Source: the human T2T-CHM13v2.0 reference genome, Homo sapiens
Reading direction: 5' to 3' (one strand)
NCBI RefSeq assembly: GCF_009914755.1
Contig: NC_060932.1
Length of the DNA: 64,000 nucleotides
The notes beneath the pieces are model-generated. The model saw only the letters and a program-made list of their open reading frames with translations. It did not search any database and was not told the origin of the DNA. Positions 1 through 14,000 of the stretch are shown one piece after another. Within the stretch, counting starts at the first letter, position 1. Each line of letters starts with the position of its first letter. The position numbers were made by a program, and so were the translations under genes.

Positions 1-729
1 ACCATGGGCAGCTCAAGACATATCTTTTCAGCCTCTTTAGCACAGAACAGGCAAAAAATTCATCCTATCTGACCCGGTTGGAAAAGTTACAGTGACCCAG
101 CCTGGCTCCAATCCCTGTGGTCAAGAGCTGTAGTCATTAAAACGGGGAGAAGGAGTGCTGTGCAGGTAAATACAATAACCAGCTTTGTTTCATTGTTGAG
201 ACCTGATTCAAAATAAATAAAATACATAAAACTCCTGCCATTCTAGGATCTATTGGCAGACAAGGAAAGTCAGCAGTAAGATCCCAAGAGCAAGAACTTC
301 CCTGAAATTAAAACACCTAGTCTCTCCACTCTCCATGATCTATGCACAATAATCACCCCTTAAGGTGAATTTAAGATCACAGAAGTGTGCCTTATCCCCT
401 CTGGTCCAGTTTACTTGAGACGCTCAAACTCACAGGCAAATGAGGAGTTGAATCACTTCATACCAAGCTCCCAGCAATCTGCATTATTGAATACCTGAAG
501 TGTTCTGTCCTCCCACTCCCACCCCATGGTATTTCCTTACCCATACAAGTGAGAAGACTAGGCAGAGTTATTTATTTATGTAAGTGTTATTTATAGGAAC
601 ACTCTCTACAGCTACTCTAACGTGTATGTTATCCAAGAATAAGGCAATGAGGTAAAACAACCACAAAAGGCCCAGAAACATCCTTTAACATTTGGATTGT
701 TCTAACCACTTACCTGACACTTGTGGTGG

Positions 730-900
730 AGAGGCAACAAGTGTCATGAAAGAGCAACAAGATTCATCACTTATAGCAGTGTGCTTTTGACAAGTTACTT
801 AACTTCCTGGAGCTTCAGTTTCCTGATCTGTAAAATGAGGGCAATAATATTTCAAAGGACTATTGTGAGAATTGAATGTATTTGATAAGTGATAATGTAT
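730..900 (+). mobile_element. MIR SINE fragment
   Basis: MIR core caagttacttaacttcctggagcttcagtttcctgatctgtaaaatgagggcaataat. Confidence 0.75.
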
Positions 901-2525
901 TTGAATGTCAATTACACTCTGTACAGTTGACATTAAATAAGTGGTTTTCCAAGGGGGGTGAATAATTTTATATTTAAAGCATTATTGAAAAAGCTTTGCT
1001 ATGAACATGTTCTCATGTATTTGGACCCAGTAGAGAGGATGACTGGGCATGTACTCGACTATCCTAAGAAACATTGCAAAAGAGGCACAAGTACTATTGG
1101 TACTCACCAGCCATTGGGTTCTTAGCATACTTACTTTGTGGTTACAAAAAAGAGTGATGGAGCTACTAGCATACACTATAACCACCCTGCTACTATACTG
1201 GTTCAGTGTCCTTGTTTAGGAAAGCAGCCTGACTCATTTCACTGTAACATGGTACAACACTGCAGAGAATAATGCCAAGAAGAAAAATGTCAAATATTAA
1301 TAACATTACTAGCTCTTCTATTTCAAAGAATGCCTCTAGGGATTTTGAGGTCTCTTTATAGTTCCTATTCAGCCAAAGTAAATTGATTGATTATAGGTGA
1401 TAAGAGTCGGTGGAGGATTATATGAGTGAATGTATAAAAGCACCTGGCCAAAGGCACAGAATAGCACTTGGACTGACTCTCACAGGCGACATCAAGTTCT
1501 AGTTTGTCTGCTATGGACTGACTGGGTATTCTTCACTGTAAAGGAGCCTCATCCCTAATGGTGATGTGAAGATAGTATGTATCCCAAAATATACATAGGG
1601 TATGCATTTTCTGTGACCTGGAAATGGGACAAGTACCTCTGTAAGCCTCACTTATTTTATTTTTTTTCACACTGCCATGAGAAAGTAAATGTAAGCCTCT
1701 TTTAGCATTAAAACTCTATAACCCAAACCCCACATTTTTCCAGAAGTGAAAATTGCTTACAATGTAAAAGATGAACATTTTGAATGAAGGAGCAGTCTAC
1801 TCATAAACTTTTAGGAGCAAGAGATGAAATAGCACAAAACTGCCTATATCAAAGAAACACGAATAAAGTTCAGACGTGGATTTTAAGTTGTTCAAAAGAT
1901 TGGTACTTCAACCTACTAAAATACTGGGGACAAACTGATGAGAATATCTTGGAAGTGAAGGAACATATTTCCTTAATTTTCAACATGTAGTCTTGGAACC
2001 AGTTTTATTTCAAATTTTTTCTAATATAAATATATAAATATCTGATTTATACAGTTTATGTATCCCGTGGCAATGTGATCTTTTGCTTCTTTTATTTTCT
2101 TCCTACCCCTCCCCCATCTTTTTCTTGAGGGAATCAGGAAAAGGTGTCCTATTTCTCAACTGTTGAATCTATTTATGAAAATTAGAACTAAACAGTTTAG
2201 CACAATTAAGCAGAATGCCACATTCATCAAATCTTCATTTTTCTAAGACTTCAATTCTGTCAGTCACTAGAAAGCATGTGCTAAGTGGAAGCTGTGTTTC
2301 CGGTCTTTTGGCATCCCACATCTGTTGACAATTACAGAGGCACATACAGTGCCATTCATAGAATGGCATGTGTCTCCCTATGCCTTGGTTCACAGGCCCT
2401 CGGGGACATTTACAAAGTGTGTACTTTTTAACTGTCCTAGAACTAAGGAGTTTAATTTTGCCTGAGAATGTGTTTATGTGCCTTGTAAAGGAGCTAGTCA
2501 TTCCCTTTTGCTTTCCTTTATTATG

Positions 2526-2533
2526 ATGTGTGT

Positions 2534-2564
<31 letters not shown>

Positions 2565-2580
2565 CTCTCTGTGTGTATGT
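2526..2580. repeat. (TG)n microsatellite
   Basis: gtgtgtgt run visible. Confidence 0.9.
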
Positions 2581-2828
2581 ACACCAAAGAAGAACCACAC
2601 CAGGAATTGAGCATAAAGGCTTTCTCTTACCCATCTACACACCTTTCTTGTAAGTTGCTGCTTTTATTTTTTATTTATTCTTTTGTTAATAGTGTATTTC
2701 TTGGCTTCTGCTGGATTTTTTTTCTGTTTCTAAACACTATTTAGTTCTGATTTCATATCCTTATGTTCTTCAGTCAAGACTGGGGTCAGACTTCTTTATA
2801 TTATATATGTAATTATTACAATAAAAGT

Positions 2829-3130
<302 letters not shown>

Positions 3131-4029
3131 CAAGTCCCTGGACCCTCTCTGGAGCTATGCCCTCTTTCTTTTGGATCTCTTCCTGACCCATAAGCAAACC
3201 ATATTCTTCAGGAAGTATCTAGTACCTAGAAAACTGAAGCTGAATCTACATGTCATCTATCCAGGAACTTCATCTCGCTAGTCTTAACACCTCAGATATT
3301 TGGCAATACCCAGAATATTGACCATTTTTCCTATTTTCATCCAAATATTTAATATTGGGTATGCATGACCATAGTAACATTAATTTTTTTCATTTAAAAG
3401 ATAGGTACTGCCTTTGGACATTGTAAGCATCTCTTGTTAATACCATGAATAGTTAAATAAATTCTAGTATAGGAGCCACCTAGAGGAGTTGTTTAACGGC
3501 TGAAAGAAGAATTAGGTGAAAAAGAAGTTGAGACTGAGGCTAAAGCCAATTGTGGTTTCATCCACAGTGGTTAATGGTGTTTCTTAATCTTTAAATATCA
3601 AATGTGTTGTAATGCTTAATTATCCTTAATACATAAAGGAAGTGACCTACAAATTCTTTACTGTTTATTGAAAAGTAGCATATTTGGAGGCTTTGACAAT
3701 TCTACAGAAGAGAGGAAGCTGTTAAATTCTAGGCTACCATGTCCTTCAAATGGGAAAAAACAAAATGCCTGAGCATGTCTCTTCTCCAGCATTAAATTTT
3801 TCATCAGTTTCCTATTAAACTCAAGGATATGGGAAGGGAGCAATTTTAATTGCTTGGCACTTAAAAAGCCTCCTCCACTGTTCAATGAGTTAGAAATATT
3901 TTGAAAATTTGATTGCATTTAGAACCACACAAATTTACCTGTAATAAAATTTTTGCTGCACGCTTAAATAATGTCTTCTAGAAATGAACATTTAAATGAA
4001 CTATAGAATGCTCAGGGGGTAAAGGGAAG

Positions 4030-4240
4030 CTAATATTTATTGAAGACCATAAGGTGCCAAATACAGTATATTCATTATTTTATTTGCTCTTCTTAACATC
4101 CATGTGAATGGGTATTGCTGTTTCTGTTTTACGAATAAGAATTGGGGCTAAAACCAGCTGAGGGGGTTACCTAAATGGTACAAGGTGCAGGGCAGATCTG
4201 AAATCTGCTCTGTTTGATTGCAGAGTCTGTTTTCCTTCTC
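4030..4240 (-). mobile_element. MIR SINE (diverged)
   Basis: Reverse MIR: tatttattga...gttttacgaataagaattggggct...ttgattgcagagtc. Confidence 0.6.
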
Positions 4241-6688
4241 TGTTGTCTTTACATTCTCAGGATTATGTTGAAAACAGCAAAGAGTGCCATCTTATTAGCT
4301 CATATAGGCTTTACAGTCAGTGCAGCCTGATTCACCAAAGCTACACACCCACCCTCACACACAGAAAACCACTTGGGGGCTGACTTACCTGGATTTGTGT
4401 CTAAATTATCCCATATATCAAATAATACTAGATCTCCTCTTCAGTTTCTGCTTTGTAGTTAGCTTAAAATATCTCAAAACTCACATTGTCCCAGAGGAAT
4501 ACCAAGAATGTCATCTTACGTTAAGTAAGTATGTACTGTACTGTCTCATATTAATTAAATTTATGGTACCTAAATCAAGAATCCTTCAGATTGGCTTTTG
4601 AAGTGCACTCTATCTCTGCCATGGGAAGAGCCCATTTTGAGGTTTTCCTACACAAAAGAAAAGAAAGCCACCTCCAGGTATCCTTAGGGTCCTTTCAACT
4701 GATCCCCAAACAGAGGAATCTAGTTTCAATGGAAGTTTTTAATAAACCTCATTATTTGACAATTAGTCAAGTGTCTGGCATTCCTTCTTTCTTTATTTTT
4801 CCACTTCTGCTTATGCTTTCAGGCTCCTTTGATGTTGTTTGCCCCTCCGGTGGTGGTAAATGACCACAATGGCTAATAGGCTGGCTTCCACAGGTGCCTG
4901 TTAACAACCACTTCATAAATATTCAACAGGAGCATTCTGTGCGAAAGACTGGGGAATTAGGTGACCTGCCAAATCTTTCCACATCCAATATCTATGATAA
5001 TGGATACACAAATTACGCGGGACAGAAGGAATGGCCTTGCACTGTGAAAAACCGAAGGGGAATCAATACAGCCTGTGGCTCCCAGCTCAGGCAGGCAGCC
5101 TCGCCCAGTATACTTCTCCCAGGTGCCGACTTGGGGGGTCAAGGGCTTTCCCCTCTGCCTAATGAGCAGTTCTTCCATAGCAAGTCATCACCACCCCAGA
5201 GTGGTGGGCTCTTATCTGTATTTTAATTTTTTGTTATAATGGTAATTAGCATTACATCTTGAATAGTAAATTAAGAAACCCAAAACAGAATTTTAAATTT
5301 AAAAAGCTTTTCCATTAGGAATCCAGTTGCATTAATTTTGTGGATGGAAGGTGAGCTAAATTAGCCAAGTTTGTGCATTCATTACCTCGTTCTAATCCTC
5401 AACATCACAAATGCAAAAGACTGTCATTAGATTTGAGAACTGACAAGAACTGGGATTTCACAGTATGAATGTTGAAAGATTAATTTGAAAAGATCTCACT
5501 AAAAAACACAAAAGGTTATTGCTAACATGGAATATTTTATATTCATAGTCTGTACCTAGTTTTAAAATGCCTATTTACAGTTATCTGGCTTAAAAATAAA
5601 TGGTACATTTACAGTACTTGATCAAATTGGAATATTTCTAGGTATCTTGTTTTGATGATAGAGAAGTGTAGGTATCCAATATTATATGATAATATTGGAA
5701 ATGCTTTTTTTATCAAGAGATATTTGACTTTCAATTATTATATCCAAAGAGAGGTTAAAAATAAAGAGAAACAAGAAAGAGAATGGGCTTTTTCACCCTT
5801 TTACTTCATAGTATGTTGTCAAAAAAGAAAGTTATTCTTTTGCAATATTTCACCCTTTGTGTTTGCCCTGAAAATATTAATGGTGAAGTAGAAATCACAG
5901 TGATGAAAGCAGTGTCATACATTTCATGAAAGTACAGTTAATTTTCACCAAATGAGTTGCCAAGCTGGTAGTGGGTAAAAATGTAAATGTTCATCTTTGA
6001 TCAATTGAATTTTAATGTTGTGAATAGCTGTATGCCTTGATTTATACATCTGTAGCACATTTTAAACATCTGTGTTCAAGATGACCATTTGGGAAAAGAT
6101 TCATTGGCTTCACTTAGTTCATGTTGTTTGGTTCTATATACTATATTCAAGTCCCAAATGAGACTTTTCTAAAAAGAAATTTTACACAAATTGCTTACTT
6201 TATTATAGACTGCGCAACCTAGAATGGCATTTTAAAAACCAGCATGGGTGATTTCACCATGAGTTTTCAAAGGTTATACAATTGTTGAAGAATGAAAATG
6301 TATCCGTTTCAACAGTGAAAATGAGAATAATTGATATTTAAATGCTACAGTAGCTGAGGCTAATGTTTCTCTTAGGAGCTCTGTTACCACAGGACCCTCA
6401 CTCTCTGTGTTGTCTTTATTAGTTTCTAGGAGATTTTTGCATTTAGAACCTATAGCCTAGCTTTTAAAAAATGCTACTTTAAGGTCATAGACTGGAGTGT
6501 AGCATTATTTTTCATCAAACTTGATTAATTTTAACCATAGGTAGCTCAAAAGAACAGCTCAATTAAAACTACCACATATACAGGAAGAAAAGAAATAGAT
6601 TGCCTGTAGCTTAGCTCTAAAATAGGAAGTCCAAGCTATACTCGAAATAACTTTTACAGGTGACCCTTCTATTTTTAAGACAATTATA

Positions 6689-7048
<360 letters not shown>

Positions 7049-7527
7049 CTATTAAGAAAGTTGCATTGCTTCTATTTACCTTACAATGTGTTTGCATCTT
7101 TCCTAAAAGCACAGGCCTAGAAGTAATTCCAATGATCCAGGGGGTAGTCCATAGTCTCCCCTTCGAGACCAGAGCTACAGCTGCAGATTTTGCTAACATC
7201 AGAATAGTCCGCTAGTTCTTCTTCATTTTCTATTAGTACAGGAATCCCCCCATGGGCTTAAAAGCAGCAGCTTTGTTATAAGAGGATCTTTTAAAAAAAA
7301 TTACTCTTGAGATCCCTTTCTGCTGGAGATATATTTATTTTGTAGTCAATAAAAACTTACAGGACCCCTTCTGAAAGTTTTGCTTGGTAACTCATAATTT
7401 AAACATCTGTCATTTTTTCCTTTTTAACACTACCCTTTATGTGTATTGAACTCAACCTAGGATGGGGTAGGGAGTACTGATCCTTTCTTTAATTTTGAGT
7501 GGCCTTTTGGAAACACTTACCCCTGGA

Positions 7528-7710
7528 CCAGTAGTATTCAATGTGGTTAACAATCTCCTGTACAGCTTATTACAAGCGCAAAGACTCCTGAGCCCAATAC
7601 CCCAAAATACTAATGTAGTAAGTGTGGGGTGAGACTCAGAATTTTCATTTTTCTTAAGTTCCCCTGCGGGCTAAGAAGGGCATCTGGGAACCATCCTTTG
7701 AGGAGTAAGA
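7528..7710. mobile_element. MER5-like hAT-Charlie DNA transposon relic
   Basis: cagtagtattcaa...gtggggtgagactcagaattttcatttttcttaagttcccc...ggaaccatcctttgag. Confidence 0.55.
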
Positions 7711-8639
7711 TGGTCTCTGAGTCCTTGTTTATCTGTTTACACAGAAACTACCTATTGTAACCACCTAAGAATTATGTGATCTAGGCAGTGTTTTCCCAGG
7801 TATACTAATGTTAACAGTTGCAGAAGCAAAAGGATAACACTGAGGTTACTTCACACGAATGGATGTTTGATGGATTCTGAGAGTTCCCTGGAGTAGGGAG
7901 ACCTGGGTGAGTTCCAGGGCCCTGATGCTGATGCTCTGGCATTGTGCAACTTAAATGACTCAGTTTTCTAGTGTGTGAGTGGAGATAATCATCTTTCCCT
8001 CCTACCCACATAATTCCAATGCTCTGACAAATGTCGAGGCACTACCTGTAAAAATAATCTAATTTCTACATGATGGTGTAGTTATATAAGTAAAAGTTTT
8101 CCAGAACAAAATACCAATTGAAAACCTAGCATTTTTTAATGTTTTATAATTTCCCCCCATTTTAGATGATAGCTTGTAAAACTACTTCCTCACAGACTTT
8201 CCCCATAACTTTCTACTTTACCTTTAACCTGTGCTAATTCATTTCTATAAAGACATTGAGATACCAGATTACATGTCATGTTTCTAAACCACTCTCTAAC
8301 TGGTGTCCTTGGAAATTTCACATTTCCCACACTCAGAACCTAGGAGATCAACCATATTTGACTCACCGAAAATAATAACCAGTCTGGGATATGGTATGGG
8401 AAAAAAATTAGGTTAAACCACAAAACTCTTCCCAATAATGAGTCAGTGTGTGAGTGCCTCTGTGTAAGACCTCATTTAAGAGCAGCAGGAGCTGAGTGGG
8501 GGACAGTTCTCAAGCGGTTCTTTGGAATTAGCATTTTTGCAAGGAAGCTTTCTTACCCACCCCAACTAGAGAAACCTCTCATTGTTTTACCCACCTCATC
8601 CTCTCCAAACATTATGATGCAACTTCACATCATAACAGG

Positions 8640-9250
8640 ATGCTGCAAGAGTCCATGCCCCTTTAACTTCTGCTTTGTCTAAGACCAAGAACACATCTAT
8701 GGCTGGACAAATTGGGTTTATCATTCATTGCAGTGAGGGAGAACTCATGTCATGGGGACCCACGATGCATCTCAATAAAAGGGTGTTAGAAGGGCTTGGA
8801 GGAGGATTGAGATTTTGTGTAGAGGAGAGTTTGGTAAGAGTCCAAGAAAGTGGCGTTCGCTCTAGACTGGGCGCTGTTGGGAAGTGGGGACCATCCTATG
8901 ACTGTGTATCTTAATAAACTGTGTCTACAGGGACAGAAGCCCAGAAGGAGACTAAAGCTTTAATTAGTAAAGATGCAGCCATCACTTATATTTCTCAGAA
9001 GAGGGGATGTCTGATATTTTGTGGTTTGCCAGTGACTTTGTTTTTTCTGGGCTTAAATGAAATTATGAACTGGCTAGTTTTGACTGACTTCAGTACGGTC
9101 ACAGAGTGACCTTGTCTGTTGCTGGCGTTCCATGAGATTAGTTATTTGTTCATGAGGAGAACAGATGGCATGGTTTCTTTAACAGCACTGATACCTACTT
9201 GTAATTGTCAGGCCAGTTCCCAGATGTCAGAGGCTACTTCTTTTTTAGAT
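8640..9250 (-). mobile_element. Solo ERV1-class LTR (MER89/MER90-like)
   Basis: Reverse complement begins aagtagcctctgacatctgggaactggcctgac, resembling the MER89/90 5' end; LTR-sized. Confidence 0.55.
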
Positions 9251-9569
9251 CAGATACCTTTGTAGCATAAAATCAGTTTTAGGGCAGTATGATTTTTCAT
9301 GGTGAACATTTTAGGTTCTCTTTGTAGGTGCTGGTTTTTAAATTAATCTTTAGTTTTGCCATTGTCCATTTATGATCAGTTGATCTGATTTCAAAATGCA
9401 AATCCCTAGCATTTAGGAACTTATACATTGGGAACATTTAGGGATTTAGGAAAAGTGGGAAGAGTGAAGAAAGGTTTCTCCCATGAAGCAGTGGGTCAGT
9501 AGGGAAATTATAAGGAAGACCAAAGAGAATGAAATGGTTACCAAAGTGTACTAATGTGAGAGATACAAA

Positions 9570-9630
9570 GATGGATGGATAGATGGATGGATGGATGGAT
9601 GGATGGATGGCAGAGAGAGAGAGAGAGAGG
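9570..9630. repeat. (GGAT)n + (GA)n compound microsatellite
   Basis: gatggatggatagatggatgg...agagagag. Confidence 0.9.
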
Positions 9631-10142
9631 ATGAAAATGTCATGCTCATCTGAACCTCATTCTTATCACCCCAGGGAAACTGCAGTTATCCTAAATGCCT
9701 CTGGTACCAATAACTGACAAAACACATGATTCCTACCATTTAGTTATTCGTCTGTTTGTATGTATGTACATACGTACATATGCATTGCATCTGTTTGACA
9801 CATAATACTGAAACCGTATACTGCTAAAATTATGATAAAGAGCAGCTAATGTTCCAATAGGCTTTTCTTGCTTCATAGCTAAGGGGAAAATGTATGGGAT
9901 GAAAACTCCAGTAGAAAACTGTGTGCGGCATTTAGTTTTAACACCCACTACCTTTGAAATCTGTCAAAAATCCATTGTCCGCTGTGGTTAGCCTCAGAAT
10001 CATAAGGTTTAAAGGCTATAAAATGTTCAGTTTCATATAAACATAGAATGGATTCAGGATTTGAGGTGATGCATTCCTTTTCCAATAGGTACTTCTGCAT
10101 AACTACCCAGTAGAGAAGGATCCTTTCACAAAAGGTGTGGGA

Positions 10143-11298
10143 AAACTATACTACAAGCCTGCAGTAACCAAAATGGCATGTTACGGGTACAAAAACAGAC
10201 ACATAGGCCAATGGAACAGGTTAGAGAAGCCAGAAATAAAGCCACACACCTACAACCATCTGATCTTTGGCAAAGCCAACAGTAAAAAACAATGGGGAAA
10301 GGACTCCCAATTCAATAAATGCTGCTGGGATAACTGACTAGCCATATGCAGAAGATTGAAACTGGACTCCTTCCTCTCACCATACATAAAAATCAACCCA
10401 AGATTGATTAAAGACTTAAGTGTAAAACCTAAAATTATAAAAATCCTACAAGAAAACCTTGGAAATAACATTCTGGACATTGGCCCTGGCAAAGACTTCA
10501 TGATGAAGACTCCAAAAGCAATTGTAACAAAAACAAAAATCGACAAGTGGGACCTAATTAAAGAGTTTCTGCACAGTAAAAGAAACTGTCAACAGAGTAA
10601 ATAGACAACCTACAGAATGGAAGAAAATATTTGCAAACTACGTATCTGACAAAGGTCTAATATCTAGAATCTATAAGGAACTTAAGCAATTCAACAAACT
10701 AAAAACAAACAATCCCATTAAAAAGTGGGCAAAAGACATGAACAGACACTTCTCAAACGAAGACAGACAAGCAGCCAACAAACATATGAAAAAATGCTCA
10801 ACATCATTAATCATCAGAGAAATGCAAATCAAAACCACAATGAGATACCGTCTCACACCAGTCAGAGTGGCTATTACTACAATGTCAAAAAATAACAGAT
10901 GCTGGCAAAGTTGCAGAGAAAAAAGAATACTTACACACTGCTGGTGGGAATGTAAATTAGTTCAGCCACTGTGGAAAGTACTTTTGGAGATTTTTCAAAG
11001 AACTTAAAACAGGACCTACCACTTGACCCAGCAAATGCTGTGTGTATACTCAGAGGAACATAAATTGTTCTACCATAAAGACACATGCTCACATATTTTC
11101 ATCGCAGCACTATTCACAATAGCAAAACATGGAATTAACCCAAATGCCTTTCAATGGTAGAGTGGATAAAGAAAATACATTCATTACCTGGGTGACAAAA
11201 TAATTTATAAACCAAACCCCAATGACACACAATTTACCCATGTAACAAACCTGCACATATACCCCCTAAACCAAAAATAAAAGTTGGATAGAAAAAAG
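10143..11298 (+). mobile_element. 5'-truncated L1 (old L1PA/L1PB type): ORF2 C-terminus plus internally deleted 3'UTR
   Basis: ORF track peptides match L1 ORF2 (KLYYK..IDQWNR-like; [18 protein letters not shown]); AATAAA 11276-11281; TSD-like a(a/g)aggtgtg(g/a)gaaaa at both ends. Confidence 0.93.
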
Positions 11299-11347
11299 AA
11301 AGAGGTGTGAGAAAAGACCCCACTGTGACACATAAGTGGCATAGATA

Positions 11348-11428
11348 ACAGTGGAGATTCACTCACATTTGTTGAGTATTACCTAGACAGTGGAGATTCA
11401 CTCACATTTGATGCGTATTACCTAGACA
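11348..11428. repeat. 39-bp tandem duplication (2 copies, 2 mismatches)
   Basis: acagtggagattcactcacatttg(t/a)tg(a/c)gtattacctag x2. Confidence 0.9.
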
Positions 11429-12249
11429 AGGAGGACAATGGCCCCTCTTCCTTTCTGTATTCTTTGTAAAGGGTAGGCCTTCTGAGAGGTTAAACCACCA
11501 ATCAGAATTTGAAATCTTTAAAGTAATCAATTTATCCGCTATTCATTTGCCTTCTACTTTAAATCTAAAGTTTTGTCACAGCCAATATTTATAGTCTCTG
11601 ACATCACTGGGATCAGAATGGAAATACTAGAATCTGTTTTGTGGTATCCTAAATTCACTGAATTAGTATTTATTGTAGGACTCCCATAGGGTGTGAGTCT
11701 TTACAAATAAAGGTAGGGAATGCCCTTTATTTGTAAGGGCAAATAAGTTCCTCCTTCTCTTGTCAAGGGGATGTGAAAACCTCCTTGCACATTTTTTCTT
11801 TTCTTTTTTTCTCTTTGCAGAATGAGTGTTCTGAGAAGAACAAAACTCTTTTCTGACAACTCTTATAAAACACTTTTGTGTTTGATTCTCCAACGACTAA
11901 GATTTGGACACACAATTCTCCATTCATTTCTCAAGTGTCAAGAAAGAATTGAGTTTAAAGGCTCCAATTCCCTTGCAGGTTACACTGTCTATCTAGATGA
12001 ATTAGTATTCAGCACAGCTTTGGGAAAATCTCAAATGATTTGCAGGTTTGCAAATTGTTCAAACTCATAATGAAATTTCAGGCTGAGGAAATCACTAAAC
12101 AGTTCATGGCATGAGTTTTTCCCTCTGAGATCTGGACATCTTAGATCAATTCACTCCTCTACCTTCGCTGCCCCATCCATGCCAGACAGCCCAGGGCTGC
12201 TTGAGAAAGTCACACACACCTGTCACCACTGAGGTTATTCTCCTATCCC

Positions 12250-13660
12250 CATGTCCTCCCCTGCTCAGCAAACCAGCCCACTCTCCATCCATTTTCATTC
12301 TTTATTTTCTGTTCCTATAGCATGTGTTCCTCTTCTTATCCCGGGCTATGTTCTGAGTCCGGTCCCCCTCTATGCCCTCAAGCAACTCAAACTGGCAATT
12401 ATTTATATCCTATTGCTTCAATTCTCTCTCTTCTCTAAACTTTTCCCATCAGAATATAAATATTTCAAGTATTCGCCATTAAAATATATATATATATATA
12501 CAGCTTTACCCAACTTTATGAACCTCCAGCTCTTTCTTTTCTTTGCAGCCAAGCTTTTTGTCCTCTCACTCATTCCTCCTTCCAGTGCATCCTGAATTCC
12601 ACTTGGAACTGTCCACCAGGATTACCTTCCCAAGGACACAAAGGTCCTCCTTTTGGCCAAATTGAACTGGTGCATTCTAGTCCTTTTCTTGTTTGATTTT
12701 TCTGAAGCATTGACATAGTTGACCACCACTTACATCTTGAAACTCTGTATGTCCTTAGCTTCTCTTAACTCCTCTTTTCATTCCTTTTTCGCTTCCCTTC
12801 CTTGTGCCAGTCCCTTACGTGTTAGTATATGCTAGGATCTCATCCTTGGACTCTATTTATTCAGGTCACTGTTCCTGGAAGATAACTCTATAGATTCTCA
12901 AATCTATATCTACAGATTTTGGAAGCCATGTGGCCAATGTTACCACTTGGGTATCCTGTAGGTATTTAAATTCAACATGTCTGAAGCCAAACTTCTATCT
13001 CACCCTTACCACAACCCATCTCTAGGAATAGAAATTATCGTCCAAGTCGCTCAAACCTGAAAACTTGGCATTGACTTAGACTTATTTTCCTCATTCACTC
13101 TCCCTTATTCAGTCAATCCTTAAGATAATGCCATTTCTACCCTTTAAATGTAGCCTCTCCTTTATTCATTGTACTGCTGCCTTAGTTAAGGCACTCAAAA
13201 TTCCTCATTACTGCATTGCTCCCAGTTGTCTTCCCAAAATGTGGCTTCCCATTCTTTCAAGGCCAACTCTTGAGCATGACATATTGGTATATAAAGGCCT
13301 ACATGACTTGACACTTGCCAAACTCTCCAGCCTGGTCTCTCATGGGTTTTTCATGTGGACTTAACTCTGGCCATAGCATCCTGCTGGAAATTATTTAAAA
13401 ACACCAAATTATTTCACAATTCCTTATTTCATATGCTATTATTCCCTTTGCTACTTATCTTTTAAGGCTTAGCACAGAGAGCGTCTTAACACATATTACT
13501 CAAGAGATGTTAGCAATCACTATTGTTGTTTTTGTTGTCATGTCTCCCTTTAGTATCTAAGGCTGTTTGGTACTCCTCCTCTGTTTTCATAGTAAACTTA
13601 AAACATAGCCTTAATCATACTATATCATAGTTGGCTACTTGTTTTTCTTGTCACCAAATT
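12250..13660 (+). mobile_element. L2 LINE fragment (RT region)
   Basis: Pyrimidine-rich; cttgtttgatttttctgaagcattgacatagttgaccac resembles the L2 RT motif LLDLSAAFDTVDH. Confidence 0.7.
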
Positions 13661-13783
13661 CTGAATTTTACTTTTCTCACTTACATTGCCTTCCTGGAAC
13701 CTAAAAGCATTTGGGCTTGTTATTTCTGTTTAAAATAACAAAGACCATCAACAAATTTCCAGTGAAATTATAGTTGTGGTGGG

Positions 13784-14000
13784 GATGATGATGATGATGA
13801 TGATGATGATAGCTACATTTATTGAACTCTATGTCCTAGGCACTTGCTAAATGTTTTTAAATGTTTTCCATTATAATCTTATTAATGATTTCATTTAATG
13901 GGTAAGGAAACTAACACTGAGAGAGGTAAGTACCTTGGCCAATTCATATAAGTTATGAGTGGTAGAGCCAGGATTTAAGCACATAGAGTAGTATTCCAGA
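13784..14000 (-). mobile_element. MIR with (GAT)n tail
   Basis: gatgatgat...agctacatttattga...taaggaaactaacactgagagaggtaagtaccttggcc. Confidence 0.75.
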
